DNA of 49,190 bases, counting the filler, from Trypethelium eluteriae (taxonomy: Eukaryota): NCBI GenBank assembly GCA_051942245.1. It is 2 parts of 2 records of this genome, joined end to end, with 100 filler letters (N's around TTAATTAATTAA, not from the genome) between each part and the next. Parts side by side here need not be neighbours in the genome. Positions count along the whole stretch, not along the records: positions 1 to 24,607 come from JAVECL010000400.1; 1 more part is not named here. One strand, written 5' to 3'. Positions within the stretch are counted from its first letter, which is position 1, and each line of letters starts with the position of its first letter. Of this stretch, positions 13,044 to 24,707 are shown piece after piece. A program made the translations under genes and the position numbers. The notes beneath the pieces are model-generated. The model did not search any database. It had not been told where the DNA came from and was given only the letters and a program-made list of their open reading frames with translations.

Positions 13044-14000
13044 ATTGTTCGAGTCCTCCTCCTCCTCCACAGGTTCGAGATAAGAATACGACCTTTGATG
13101 AAGGGGGCGGCACGGAAGAGAGGATATCACTGTCATTTTGAAGAAATCTCAGTCAGCAACCGTGTCACATATTCATTATAAATCTCCTCACTAGGGAGGG
13201 AGAAATTGTAAAGCTCAAGATAACCGCCAGCAGTATTCTGAGCGAGGTGTAGGGAATGATAGCAAGACTCGGCAAACGGGTTGACGAAAGGCGGAACGAT
13301 GGAACACATACCTCCTGCAGGTAACGAGTAGTCTGAGCTAGGTGTGGTGAGGAGATGGTTTGCTGCCTACTGGGGTCGAGATGGCGATAGGGTGATAGGG
13401 ACATGGATCACAACCGTTCATCAAATGTGGTAGGCAAGAATGCTCCACAGGCGGAGAAGCAGCGGCACCAGGACAAAGATGACATGCGACCAGCGAAACA
13501 AGGTGCAGTAGAAAGGTGTGCGGCCGGTTGGCGCGCTGCTCGTGATCATTCAAAAGCCATGTTGTTGTCCGCTGTGGAATTCAGATGCTGCCACGATGCC
13601 ACCGCGGCAGAGCTCATTGGGTCGCGGCCTATTTATTCCCTGCATGAGATCTGGACAGTCACCCAACATCTAAGCCCTTCCCGCATCGCCTTATCTAACT
13701 GATTATGGAACACATAGCACTGAGTTGTTTAGTCAGGGTCTGCAGACTGAGGCAGAAGGACTGGCCTGTTGCCATGTGGTATCCATCTGTGCGCGCTCTT
13801 CAACCTTTGTTACCTTCAGACGTCACGCCCATCATGTTCCCCTTTCGGGCTTAGCGCACCCTTACCGCGTCTATCGACAAACCACACGCGTCGTGCCCTC
13901 CCAAAAGGACGCCCGCTCAGGCATCTCGACATCGCTCATCCGCCTTGCGCCCTCGCTGTCGACCGTCAAGCGTCGCGCACAACGCGTCGGTATCGCCAAT

Positions 14001-17000
14001 ATGGGAAAGCTTATTCGACTCGAGCTCTTCAGTGCGTTTCCAATTCCCGCCGCTCTATAGGTCTGATGCAGTGGAATACTGACAGCCCTCAGATTTCAAG
14101 TCATACAAAGGTCACCATGTCATGCAGTTCGGCAACTCCTACTTCACCTCTATCATCGGTCCCAATGGCTCGGGCAAGTCCAATTCGTGCGCACCACCGC
14201 AGACATTATCCGGCTTGACGCTTGCGCTCACTCTTGTTTAGCATGGATGCCATCTCGTTCGTCCTCGGCATAAAATCATCTCACCTGCGATCCACTCAGT
14301 TGCGCGACTTGGTCTACCGTGGCCGCGTTCTCAAGACTTCAAAAATCAATGCCGACGGCACCGCGACCGAACAAGCTGAAGAGAGTAGTGTCAATGGCAC
14401 CAACGGTCATGCTAATGGAGATGCTGGATCAGATGAAGAGGATACGCAGACAGCAAGTCAGCGCATCGATCCCCAGACTGCCTGGGTTATGGCAGTCTAC
14501 GAAGACGACGCAGGAGAGGAAATTCGATGGAAGCGCAGTATTACGAGTACCGGCCAAAGTGAATACCGAATCAACAACCGAGTCGTCGGAGCCAAGCAGT
14601 ACAACGAAGCACTCGAGGAGCAAAACATTCTCATCAAAGCGCGCAATTTTCTCGTATTTCAGGGCGATGTCGAAGCCATAGCATCTCAGTCGCCCAAAGA
14701 CTTGACGCGTCTCATTGAGCAGATATCCGGTAGTTTGGAATACAAAGCTGATTATGACCGGCTCAAGGTCGAAGCGGATAAGGCTGCTGAAGAGCAGAAT
14801 TTCAAGCTGAACCAGCGGCGCGGCATCAATTCGGAGATCAAGCAATATCAGGAACAGAAGCGAGAAGCAGACAATTTTCAAAAGAAAGTGGAAGAGCATG
14901 ATCAGGCGGTCGTCACACAAGTTCTCTACAAACTATTTCAATTCCAGCGAGTAATGGAGGAGTCTGGCGCGGAGATCCAGCGGCATCAGGAAGAATTGAA
15001 GGAATTCCGCCGGAGTGTTGAGAAATACGAAACGAGGCTTTCAGAAACACAACGTGATCAAGCGAAGGCTGCAAAGGACGTCAACAAGGTGCAAAGGAGC
15101 ATCAAACAAAAAGAAAGAGACGTCGAGGATAAAGAGAACGATATAGTGCCAATCGATGAGAAGATTTCCATCTCCAAAGATAAGCTCAAGATTCGACAAG
15201 AATCCATTGCAAAGCGGATGAAGGAGCGAGCAGAACAGTCCCAGAAAGTTGAAAAACTGCAGAAAGACCTCGGGAATGTACAAAAAGCCCAGAAGCGATG
15301 GGAACAGGAGCGGGCCCAGACAATGCAGCAGGAAGGCCGCCAACTAAGCCCGGCTGATGTCTCGGAGTATTCCAACCTGAGAAGCGAAGTCACTCGGCGC
15401 ACTGTTGAGGACCGCACCCAGGCGAACGATTTGCAGCGCCAATCGAATACAGAAAAAGATATCGTGAACAACCTCAAGAGCAAGCTTGACATCGCACAGG
15501 CAAGGGTTGAGAAACTCGACAACGAAATTCGGGATTTGCGCGAGAGACAGCAGGAAGCCAGGACCCAGGTTAAGACGACGTCAAAAGATATCGAAGCCAA
15601 GAACAAAGAAATCAACAATATCAACTCCGATCATCGCAGGACGGAGCTCAGGAAAGAGGAGATCGAAGACAAGGTGACAGAGCTCAACCGAAAGATCAAC
15701 CATTACAATGATGCGCAGCAACTCTCCCAAAAAGAGGCTCGCAATCGTGATATCCTCGCATCGTTGAAACGTCTCTTTCCCGGTGTGCGTGGCCGACTTT
15801 TCGAACTTTGCAAGCCCAAACAGAAGAAGTACGAAACAGCAGTGAGCATAGCACTGGGTCGCTATTTTGAGTCTATTGTTGTAGACACGGAAAAGACAGG
15901 AAGGGACTGCATCCAATATCTCAAGGAAAAGCGCTTGGGAATTTGTAGCACCATCCCGCTTGATACAATTCAGCACAAAGCTCCCAACCCGAATCTGAAG
16001 GGGATGCATCGAGGCATGCGTCTTGCCGTCGACACTATGGATTATGAACACGCCTTTGAGCGTGCCTTCTATCTGGCTTGCGGCAATACCATTGTCTGCG
16101 ATGACCTTGAAATCGCTAAATATTTGTGTTATAGCAAAGGCGTCGATGCTCGAGCCGTTACCATCGATGGCACGGTCATTCACAAAGGAGGTAATATGAC
16201 GGGAGGGCGAGGGCCAGATGATCAAGCCAAAGCCTCTTCGCGGCGATGGGATGACGCCGAGATTGAGAACATGCGCACTGTCAGGGAGAACTTCCTAGCA
16301 GAACACCATCGTATTACTAGCAGTCAGGAAGCTCAGCGGGCAAGATCAAGGCTCGAAATGCTCCGATCAGAAGTCGCAGGCTTAGAGTCACGTCAAACTT
16401 TTCAGAACGATGAAATCAAGAGTCTGGACCGGAACATCGCGTCGAAGCGCGCCGAGCGTGAATATAATGCCAATACTGCTGCTGAGATCCAGCCAAAATA
16501 TGACGAGCGAGCGTCGGGACTTGAAGGATTGCGTCGCACTCTCAAACGTCACGAGGACGCCATAGCGGCAGTCGCAGACCAAGTGTTTGCTCAATTCTGC
16601 ACGCGCTTAGGCTATAGCAACATTCGTGCTTATGAGTCCGCGCAGGGGACAGTGCAGCAGGAAATGGAAGGAGAAAGGCTGCAATTCAATAAGCAAACCA
16701 AGGCCCTCAACCTTCAAGTACAATTTGAGACTGGTCAGCTTGCTGAGGTGGATGACAGGGTCCAAAGACTTCAGGCAGAGGTGGATAGGGATAACCTAGG
16801 GATCGAGGAACTTGAGAGACAGCGGGAAGAATTGGCGAGCGAGATGGATGTCCTCAATGCCGAAATGGAGCAATTCGGTGATGAGATGAAGTCTCTGAAT
16901 GAACGACTCGAGGAGAGACAACAACGTGTCGCTGAAGCCAGGCGTGAGTTGCAGAAGAGAAGCAAGAACGTTGATACTGCTAATAAGGAGATTGCGGGGC

Positions 17001-18097
17001 TGGAGGCAGAGGTTGCGCGGAATGCAGCAGCAAGATATGGCTTGTTGAAGAGGTGTAAAATTGACGGTACCAAGGTCCCATTGAAAGAGGGCAGTAATGG
17101 CTTGGACAAATTACCCTTGGAGGAAATGGCAGATGCTGATGGTGATGAGATGGATATTGACGCTGAAGAGGGCTCCAGCCAAATGGGTCCAGTGGTGAAA
17201 GACTATGGAATTGAAATCGATTTCGACGAATTAGAGGATGAGCTGAAAGAGGCAAGCCCCACTCAGCGACTCGATATCAAAAGGCTCCCTTGTGCTAACC
17301 GAATGACACAGGACATGTCCGAAAAGGACGCCAAAAAGACGGAAGAATCCCTTCAAGAGACCATCACCAACCTCTCCTCCGAACTCGAACGGCTCAACCC
17401 CAACATGCGAGCCATGGAACGCCTCTCCACAACGGAAGAACGCCTCAAATCCATCGAGCGCGACTTCGACGCCGCCCGCCGGTACGCCAAGCGCGCCAAG
17501 GACGACTTCGACGACATCAAAGAGAAGCGCTTCGAGCTCTTCAACAAAGCCTTCACGCACATCTCCGAGCAGATTTCCTCCGTCTACAAGGACCTGACGC
17601 GCTCGCCGAACTTCCCGCTGGGCGGCCAGGCCTACCTTGACATCGAGGATTCCGACGAGCCCTACCTCAGCGGCATCCGCTACCACGCCATGCCGCCGCT
17701 CAAGCGCTTCCGCGACATGGAGCACCTCTCCGGCGGCGAGAAGTCGATCGCGGCGCTTGCCCTGCTCTTCGCCGTGCACTCGCATCAACCCTCGCCCTTC
17801 TTCGTGCTGGATGAGGTCGACGCCGCGCTCGATAATGCGAACGTTGCGAAAGTGGCCGGCTACGTCAAGGCGCATGCTCGGCCCGGCATGCAGTTCATCG
17901 TCATTAGCTTGAAGATGGGCATGTTTGTGAATAGCGAGACGTTGGTCGGCATCATGCGGGATCAGGGGGCGAATTCGAGTAAGGTGCTGACGCTGGATGT
18001 GAGTATTGCCCCTTTTTGTCTGAGTGTGTAGCTGGTGCATGTTGGTTTGAGCTGGTGGCTGACGATTCTGTAGCTCCGGAATTACCTACCAGGGTAG
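14001..18097 (+). CDS. SMC1: Cohesin subunit SMC1 (structural maintenance of chromosomes)
   Basis: MGKLIRLELF|NFKSYKG, Walker A GPNGSGKSN, RNFLVFQGDVE, coiled coils, a hinge (GVRGRLFELCKP...GGNMTGG), signature LSGGEKS and Walker B FFVLDEVDAALD. Introns at 14032-14092, 14187-14241, probable GC-AG 17252-17311, and 17999-18073. Last exon LRNYLPG*. Confidence 0.97.
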
Positions 18098-18743
18098 AGA
18101 AACGTATCGATACGACTTTTACAGGGAGAATGTCGGCGGTGAGGGTGCTAATCAGTTAGACAGCTTGCCGTTGGAAAGGGAATCGGGCTCTCTAGAGGGA
18201 AGAGGTGGTCAAGCGATCTAGCAATCTAGCGAAATATCTGTGGGAGCGCGTCCGCCCCTTTTGCATTTTTCATTCTAGGGTCAAGTCCTAATTCATCCTT
18301 GAATTTTCGTGGCAATGATAAGGACGCGTCGTAATTTCGTGGCCCGCCTCTCACAGGTTTCAAAGTGAATCACACGATCGAATTGTAAAAATACTAGAAA
18401 AATGCTTCGATGTTGCTACGAAAAGAGAATGCTATGTCTGCAATATGCAATGTGAGTGAATCTATCGCCGCTAATCAATGCGGATGCGTATGTCTTGGTG
18501 GCTGCCGTTGTACGCCCAACCAGTCCTTGAATGAATCTCGAAACGCCTTGTTCGGCCTTTTCCTTGCCGTTTTTATCGCCGCCAAACCAGAAGGGTGCCT
18601 TTCTCGGCTCCAAAAACGCCTAGTGATGCTCATTAAACGTAGAATGGGTAGAAGTAGGTATCTCGAAGAATGATATTCCCCTCCCTTCTAACGAATGCTT
18701 TTGATCGAACCATGCACATAACCAAGTCCCCGTCTCATTCTTT

Positions 18744-20861
18744 TCATGCCGCACAAAGCGCAGACGTGGCATTGTGCTCCTCATTTGCGAAAGCTGTCGC
18801 GGTATCTCCTCCCACTTGTAATCCCATGGCCATACCGGCTGATTGGTGCCAGAGGAGATGGCAGTGCAGCATCCAGATCCCCGGGTTGTTGGGCCGGATT
18901 CGGATCACAGCGTAGCCGTGGTGCGGGACGAAAACAGTATCCCTCCGAACAGGATTCTGGTAATTAAGCGGCCCACCAGGGGGAGCCACGTGCTCGACTT
19001 TGGCGCGCTTGGCTTTCATAGAAGGATCGTGCTGAACGTGGGAGCGTTTGACTTTGGTGGAAGGTCGAGCTGACAATGACGAGGATGTAGAAGTCAGCGT
19101 TGGTGATACAGATTTCGTCATGGTGGGAGCCGAGGTGGAAGATGTGGACGTAGATGTCGTAGTTTGAGGTTTCACGATATCGAAAGGATTGTAGCTGCCC
19201 CACGCTTTGCTGTGGCTATCAACTCCCCACGCTCCCAAAACATCAAAGTCGTAGCCGTGAAGGTGGAAGGGATGGCCCGAGTCGTCAAGATTGTTGATTA
19301 CAATGTCCATGAAATCATTGCTCGAGGATGAATAAGGTATATAAGGAACAAGCTGCGTCCCATTCTCCCAAAACCAGCGGGGTGAGGAGATGAGTGGAGA
19401 AGAGCTAGAGCGCCATGACGTGTGGTTCATGTAGCCCATAGGAACATTGTTCTGATGTGCAAGCATCAGAGTCGTGGTGTAGAGCACCATTGTCTTGGTA
19501 GTCGAAGGCTCCAGAGGAGAGAGTTCGGGAGAGGCCGGATGAAGAGACTTGGCTGTCGAAAGATCAAAGTAAGGTACTATCGGAACACTATCGGAAGGCG
19601 TCGAGCCATTCCCCATGGAAGCTGCTGATGGTAGATTGGTGAGATGAATTGGAAAGGTCTGAGTCGGATCCAAGGCAGGATTTGGGTAGAAAAAAGCGTC
19701 TTGATCGAGAGCTATTTCAAGGTCGGTGGTCCTGATCCGGCTGAAAGACTCGTCCCACGACAACGAGAGGTCAACGCGCTGTCCCGGATGGAGTATTCCA
19801 ACTGAGGCAGCCGGTGTAGGACTTATTTTGTTGCCACCATCAACCTCCACCGCCGTCATATTGGCACCGGGTACAGACATGGTGAAGCCGGCCAGGGAGC
19901 CGGTGTTAACCACGCGAAGCCTATATCGCTTCTGAGAGTCGAACCTCATGCCGGGCCTCACAGGCTTCTGAACGCAGTCGATTGGGTATGCAGGCATGGC
20001 TAGGGAGCAGTTGTAAGAGCCGACGCCATTTATTAGGAGCGAGTCCGGAACTGGTTCCATGCTATTGGAAACTGCACGCATATACCATGCCAAGACGTCC
20101 GCAGCTGGTCTGTGGTAGAGATCATTGACCAGAATCAGCCTCTCCTCATCATACTTGGGTTTGGGCGGTCGACCGTCAGCACCGTTATGAGCGGGTTTGT
20201 GCACCACCAGGCCGCCATAAAGGCCATCTGCACGTTGAGTTTGAGCATGTGAGTGGTACCAAAAAGTTCCCCATTGGTCATCGGCAATCTCAAACTTGTA
20301 GGTAAAGTTTCCTCCGATTGGAATTGGACACTGGGTAAAGCCAATTGCTCCGTCATATGCATTTCTTCCACGCATATGAAGTCCGTGCCAATGCATCGCA
20401 AGTCCTTCTTCAGCCAAGCCATTGTGGACATTGATCTCTAGTTTATCTCCAGCTCGGGCTTCGATTGTTGGGCCGGGGTAATGACCATTGATGAGATAAA
20501 CGAGTTTAGCCACGCCATCGGGTCTTCTGACACTGGAGCTGATAGTCCAATTATAATGGTGAGTTCTCGGTTTGCGATAGATGTGATCCTCGGGATGGAG
20601 GACGCGATCGAGAGGGCCAACGTCGGGTTGAGCTATGACGGGAGGATGGGACGGAGCGAGAGCAGGGACATATTTCCACGGACTTTTGGAGTAGTAATCC
20701 CAACTGAAAGAAGCATACAAAGCCGATGCAGAAATCAAAATAAGGGCGGTGACTGCCAAGATGAGCTTGAGCATTCGTCCAAAGCGTCGTCGACCGCGAA
20801 GACTGCCGTATGGGCCAAAGTCTCCACGGGGCATCTTGCCGCGCGGCCCTGGAGACACCAT
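18744..20861 (-). CDS. Multicopper oxidase (AA1 laccase/ferroxidase-like), intronless, with an N-terminal membrane anchor
   Basis: All four copper-binding motifs are present: HWHG, WYHSH, HPFHLHG and HCHLLWHQSAGM (Met axial ligand). A basic stretch followed by the hydrophobic helix LILAVTALILISASALY lies near the N-terminus. First in-frame ATG is at 20861. Confidence 0.93.
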   Translation of the reverse strand: MVSPGPRGKMPRGDFGPYGSLRGRRRFGRMLKLILAVTALILISASALYASFSWDYYSKSPWKYVPALAPSHPPVIAQPDVGPLDRVLHPEDHIYRKPRTHHYNWTISSSVRRPDGVAKLVYLINGHYPGPTIEARAGDKLEINVHNGLAEEGLAMHWHGLHMRGRNAYDGAIGFTQCPIPIGGNFTYKFEIADDQWGTFWYHSHAQTQRADGLYGGLVVHKPAHNGADGRPPKPKYDEERLILVNDLYHRPAADVLAWYMRAVSNSMEPVPDSLLINGVGSYNCSLAMPAYPIDCVQKPVRPGMRFDSQKRYRLRVVNTGSLAGFTMSVPGANMTAVEVDGGNKISPTPAASVGILHPGQRVDLSLSWDESFSRIRTTDLEIALDQDAFFYPNPALDPTQTFPIHLTNLPSAASMGNGSTPSDSVPIVPYFDLSTAKSLHPASPELSPLEPSTTKTMVLYTTTLMLAHQNNVPMGYMNHTSWRSSSSPLISSPRWFWENGTQLVPYIPYSSSSNDFMDIVINNLDDSGHPFHLHGYDFDVLGAWGVDSHSKAWGSYNPFDIVKPQTTTSTSTSSTSAPTMTKSVSPTLTSTSSSLSARPSTKVKRSHVQHDPSMKAKRAKVEHVAPPGGPLNYQNPVRRDTVFVPHHGYAVIRIRPNNPGIWMLHCHLLWHQSAGMAMGLQVGGDTATAFANEEHNATSALCAA

Positions 20862-21698
20862 TGTCACCGATGCAAGAGGAGGACAAAGCAGTCATACATA
20901 GCTGGTGGGGATGATGGAAGAGATGGACGAGATGGAAGAGATGAAGGCGAAGAGGGGAAGGAGTGGAGATGCAGAAAATAGCAGAGAACAACCGGTCGCG
21001 AAATGAGTGGTAGCGGGTATCATTTGGGGGCAGAATGGACGGATTCGATGGTGAGACGGAAGCGATGAAAAAGGCAGTCCACGGTCGCGGATCAGCGATA
21101 GCGTGGATACGTAGGGCAGCTCACGCGTAACGGTCGGATAAAGTTGAGGCGAATCAAGGCCACGCACTCTTTCGATTGCAACCATTCCCGCCATTCACAC
21201 CCTCTTCCCCTGTCACGCCTATCTATCGCCGTCAACGCTCTTTAGACGCGTGGCCCTGATTCGACACCGGCCTCTACTGATCGTCGGACCCTTCCTGCAA
21301 CTTTGCTGCACTCTCGACGCACTTTCGATGCACTTTCGATGCCACACTCTGGCCACGGATGCCAGTCATCCACCCCACGCCCGTTGCTCTTCCATCCCGC
21401 CGCCAATCGTTCTCGACAACGATGCGTGTGCCCGACCTCAATGCCTGCAGACCCTGGAGCTTTCTGCGAACGCTTTGAAAATGCTTCTCTATCAGGTGCT
21501 CTCCCCTGGCCTTGTCTATGGCCTTGCCCTTTCTACGGTGCGATCAACGTAGGCCGTCGCATTCCGCCTACGGTAAGGGAAAAGTAGATGCAGATGAGTA
21601 GGTATTTAATAGATACAGCATGAGCGGCTCTCTCAGATGGCCTCTCCAGCAAGTCCTGATCTTCGTCCGGTCTTGTTTGCTGTTCTCTTCTTTGCCTC

Positions 21699-23629
21699 AT
21701 GGTGAGACTTGCCGCTTTGGCCCATGCGGTGGCCTGGCTCTATCCAACAGCCACGCTGGCAGCTGGATCGCTTGCAGATGTCAATCATGTCGTCCTTTTC
21801 ATGCAAGAAAACCGTGCCTTCGACCACGTACGTCTACACGTCTTAACTTACGAACGACTGCTGGAAAGCGTGACTAACATCATGGCTGTTAGTATTTTGG
21901 TACAATGGCCGGCGTTCGTGGCTTCTCAGATCCTAACGTGCAGGTCAATCCTGGGAGCGCTAGGTCTGTCTTTTACCAAGATGTTAATGCAACCTTGAGT
22001 AATGCGACGAATTATCTATTGCCGTGGTATCTCAATTATCAGGGCAACTGGTCGGACCCCATTCAATGTATGGTAGCCGGTAGCAATGGCTGGCAAGCAA
22101 ATCATGGAGCTCTCAATGGAGACCTCAATAATAAATGGGCAGAGGACAACACTCCCTACAGCTGGGGATACTATAAGCGCGCCGATCTGCCAGTCCATTT
22201 TGGTATTGCCGAAGGCTGGACAGTCGCAGATATGTACCAGCAAAGCGTGATTGCCTCGACAACACCAAACCGTGTCTCTTGGTTTTCTGGTTCTATAAAT
22301 TGCCCAGGTGGACCTCAAACCCCAGACCAGGGTGGCATGACCATTGACAATAGCGAGACTCCGGGTTGTGAGCTGCCGAACACCAACTGCTATCCTCTGA
22401 ATTGGAAGACTTATGCCGAGTATCTTCAGGATGCTGGAATCACTTGGCAAGTCTACCAAGACACTGACAACTTCGGAGATAACCCTCCAGCGTGGTTTGT
22501 GCCCTTCCAGAACGCTGCCAACACCAGCGAGCTCTATCAGCGGGGCATGACTTTCGTTGGTCTCGACAAGTTCTATTCCGATGCCAAAGCCGGAACTCTC
22601 CCCCAAGTAAGCTGGATTATTGGTCCCGCCGAACTGTCCGAGCATCCACCCTACCAGCCGAAGGATGGCGCCTGGCTCCAGCAGCAAGTAGTTAATGCTG
22701 TTACTAGCGGTGCCTCTTACAACGATACTGTTCTAATGATCTCATACGACGAGACGGGTGGTTGGGGGGATCATGTAACCCCGTACCACTCTCCTCAGGG
22801 CACCGCTGGTGAATGGGTACAAGATCCCTATGACATGTTTGGCGACGTCTACACTGGCCCAGGCTTCCGTCTGCCCTTCTACATTATTTCTCCCTGGACT
22901 CGCGGCGGCAAAGTCTTCACTGAACATGCTGACCATTCATCCCAGCTAAAGTTCATGGAACAATGGCTCGCGGCCAAGGGCAATGATGTCACCACTACCC
23001 AGATCCCTCCGTGGCGTCGGGAACATATGTCCGATCTTGTCAATGCGTTCGACTTCTCCAGTCCGGATTATTCCATTCCTATTGTCCCTGCTGCAGATGC
23101 GCCGCACACTAACGCTCAGGGTCAGTGGGATGGCTATGCAGTATGCGAAGCGACTTATCCTGTAACTCAACCGCCAGTCCCCTACGGCCAGCAGACCACC
23201 AGCTCTTCTCTGCTTTCTGAGGATGGCTTCAAGCAGGTTCGCGGTTACATGACTGAAGGACGATTTCTTGTCTTTGAGTCCGGCAGCACCGCCCTTACAC
23301 GTGGTAATAATACTGTCGGGGCTGGTGTTGCGTCTGCAAATCACGACAACAAGATGCAAAGATTTGTGGTACACCAGCTTCCTGATATGCAGAGCAACAC
23401 GAACACCTTTGCCATCAGCAGCGCCGTGGATGGCAAGTTTGTTGCGGCTGACATGAGCCTCGTTTCAGGCCAGACTAATGGCGCTACGTTTACTATTACT
23501 GACCTTGGCAATGGCCAGGGCTACATCTTAGGTGTCGGAGGGAAAAATATTACCTCGAGCAACGGAAAGGTCGTGCTGGGTTCTGATGCCACTGCTTGGA
23601 GTGCGTACAGTGTTACCTATGCGAACTAG
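21699..23629 (+). CDS. Secreted non-hemolytic (bacterial-type) phospholipase C, phosphoesterase family
   Basis: Signal peptide MVRLAALAHAVAWLYPTATLAA, then VNHVVLFMQENRAFDH|YFGTMAGVRGF across intron 21828-21892 (GTACGT..CTAAC..TAG). Further motifs ASTTPNR, SEHP, YDETGGWGDHV, GPGFRLP and DHSSQL. Confidence 0.92.
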
Positions 23630-23880
23630 GTAAAACGACTGCAGCTCGGTAATACGTAAGTCAATCATCTGGATCCGTTTCTTCCAGAAGGCATGGTAGA
23701 CTGGATATACCTGTTTATGAGCGACGAGCACCTGATATACGAATCGCGGCAAAATAGACCAATGTTTATCGTTAATTCATAATCTTCATATCATATATTA
23801 CTATCACAATCAAAAGTTTTCACCGATATTCTATCAGCTCTCGCATATCCACTACTCGATGCAGGACCGATGCCACCTTT

Positions 23881-24607
23881 TTAATCGATTTCCCGATTCT
23901 TCGGATCCCTCCCTCGCTCCCACGCCTCCCTTTTGACCCTCTCCATCTTCTCCTCCAACCCCCGTATCTCCCGTTCTAGCCAATCAATCCTCCCCGGATC
24001 CAGCTTATCCATCAACGCCACCTCATCCACCCTCCCCTGCCTCCGAAACTTGTCCACCTCCCTCTCACTCAACGCCCACCTCTCCAGCTCCCGCAAATAC
24101 TGCCCCCTCCTCCACTTCATCTCAAACCACCCCTGAAACCCCTCCTCGGACCCAAAACACACCCCGTATGCCCCACAATAGCAGCTCCTCATGTCCGGAC
24201 AGCTCACCTCCCGCCCACTAAACAAATACCCCCACAAATACTCCAGCACCCGCCCACTCATCTCATCCCCCAGCGCCGTCTCCTCCAACCACCCCTTCAC
24301 CCGCGCATACCGCGCCCGTGGCTGCGCCCGCACCTGCGCCCGCGACACCGCAAACTGCCCACAGCACGGCTGCGCGATGTCCGCGGGGACGGGTTCCGCG
24401 GGGAAGAGGTCCGACCATGCCGCTGCCACGAGCGGCTCTTCTTGGCGGAGCGCGTCGGAGCCGGGGAGGAGCGCCGGATCGGGCGACGACGGGTGCAGGT
24501 AGGTTGGGCAGCCGGGGTCCCAGTGGCAGCGGAGGTTGAAGTAGCCCGCCGCGAGGACGTGGTGCGGGTTTAGGCGGGAGAGGGTGAGGGCCGTGGAGAG
24601 CGACAGC
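23881..24607 (-). CDS. DUF3431 family protein, C-terminal part (5' end lost in the gap)
   Basis: GYFNLRCHWDPGCP...AQPCCGQFAVSR.QVRAQPRARY...WLEET.LGDEMSGRVLEYLW...CYCGAYGVCF is the characteristic fungal DUF3431 pattern. The frame is open up to the N run. Confidence 0.85.
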
Positions 24608-24707
24608 NNNNNNNNNNNNNNNNNNNNNNNNNNNNNNNNNNNNNNNNNNNNTTAATTAATTAANNNNNNNNNNNNNNNNNNNNNNNNNNNNNNNNNNNNN
24701 NNNNNNN
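24608..24707. other. Assembly gap / artificial contig linker (44 N + TTAATTAATTAA + 44 N)
   Basis: Exactly 100 bp. The central 12-mer at 24652-24663 is palindromic and puts stop codons in all six frames. Confidence 0.95.

Noticed and set aside
17231..18040. 269-aa minus-strand ORF
   Set aside because: It is the antisense shadow of the strongly codon-biased SMC1 3' end.
21699..23629. Recent horizontal transfer of a bacterial phospholipase C
   Set aside because: This family is already known in filamentous ascomycetes, and the gene has a normal spliceosomal intron and host-like composition.
24652..24663. TTAATTAATTAA as a biological motif (PacI site or piggyBac TTAA target)
   Set aside because: It is centred exactly within N runs totalling 100 bp, so it is an assembly linker.
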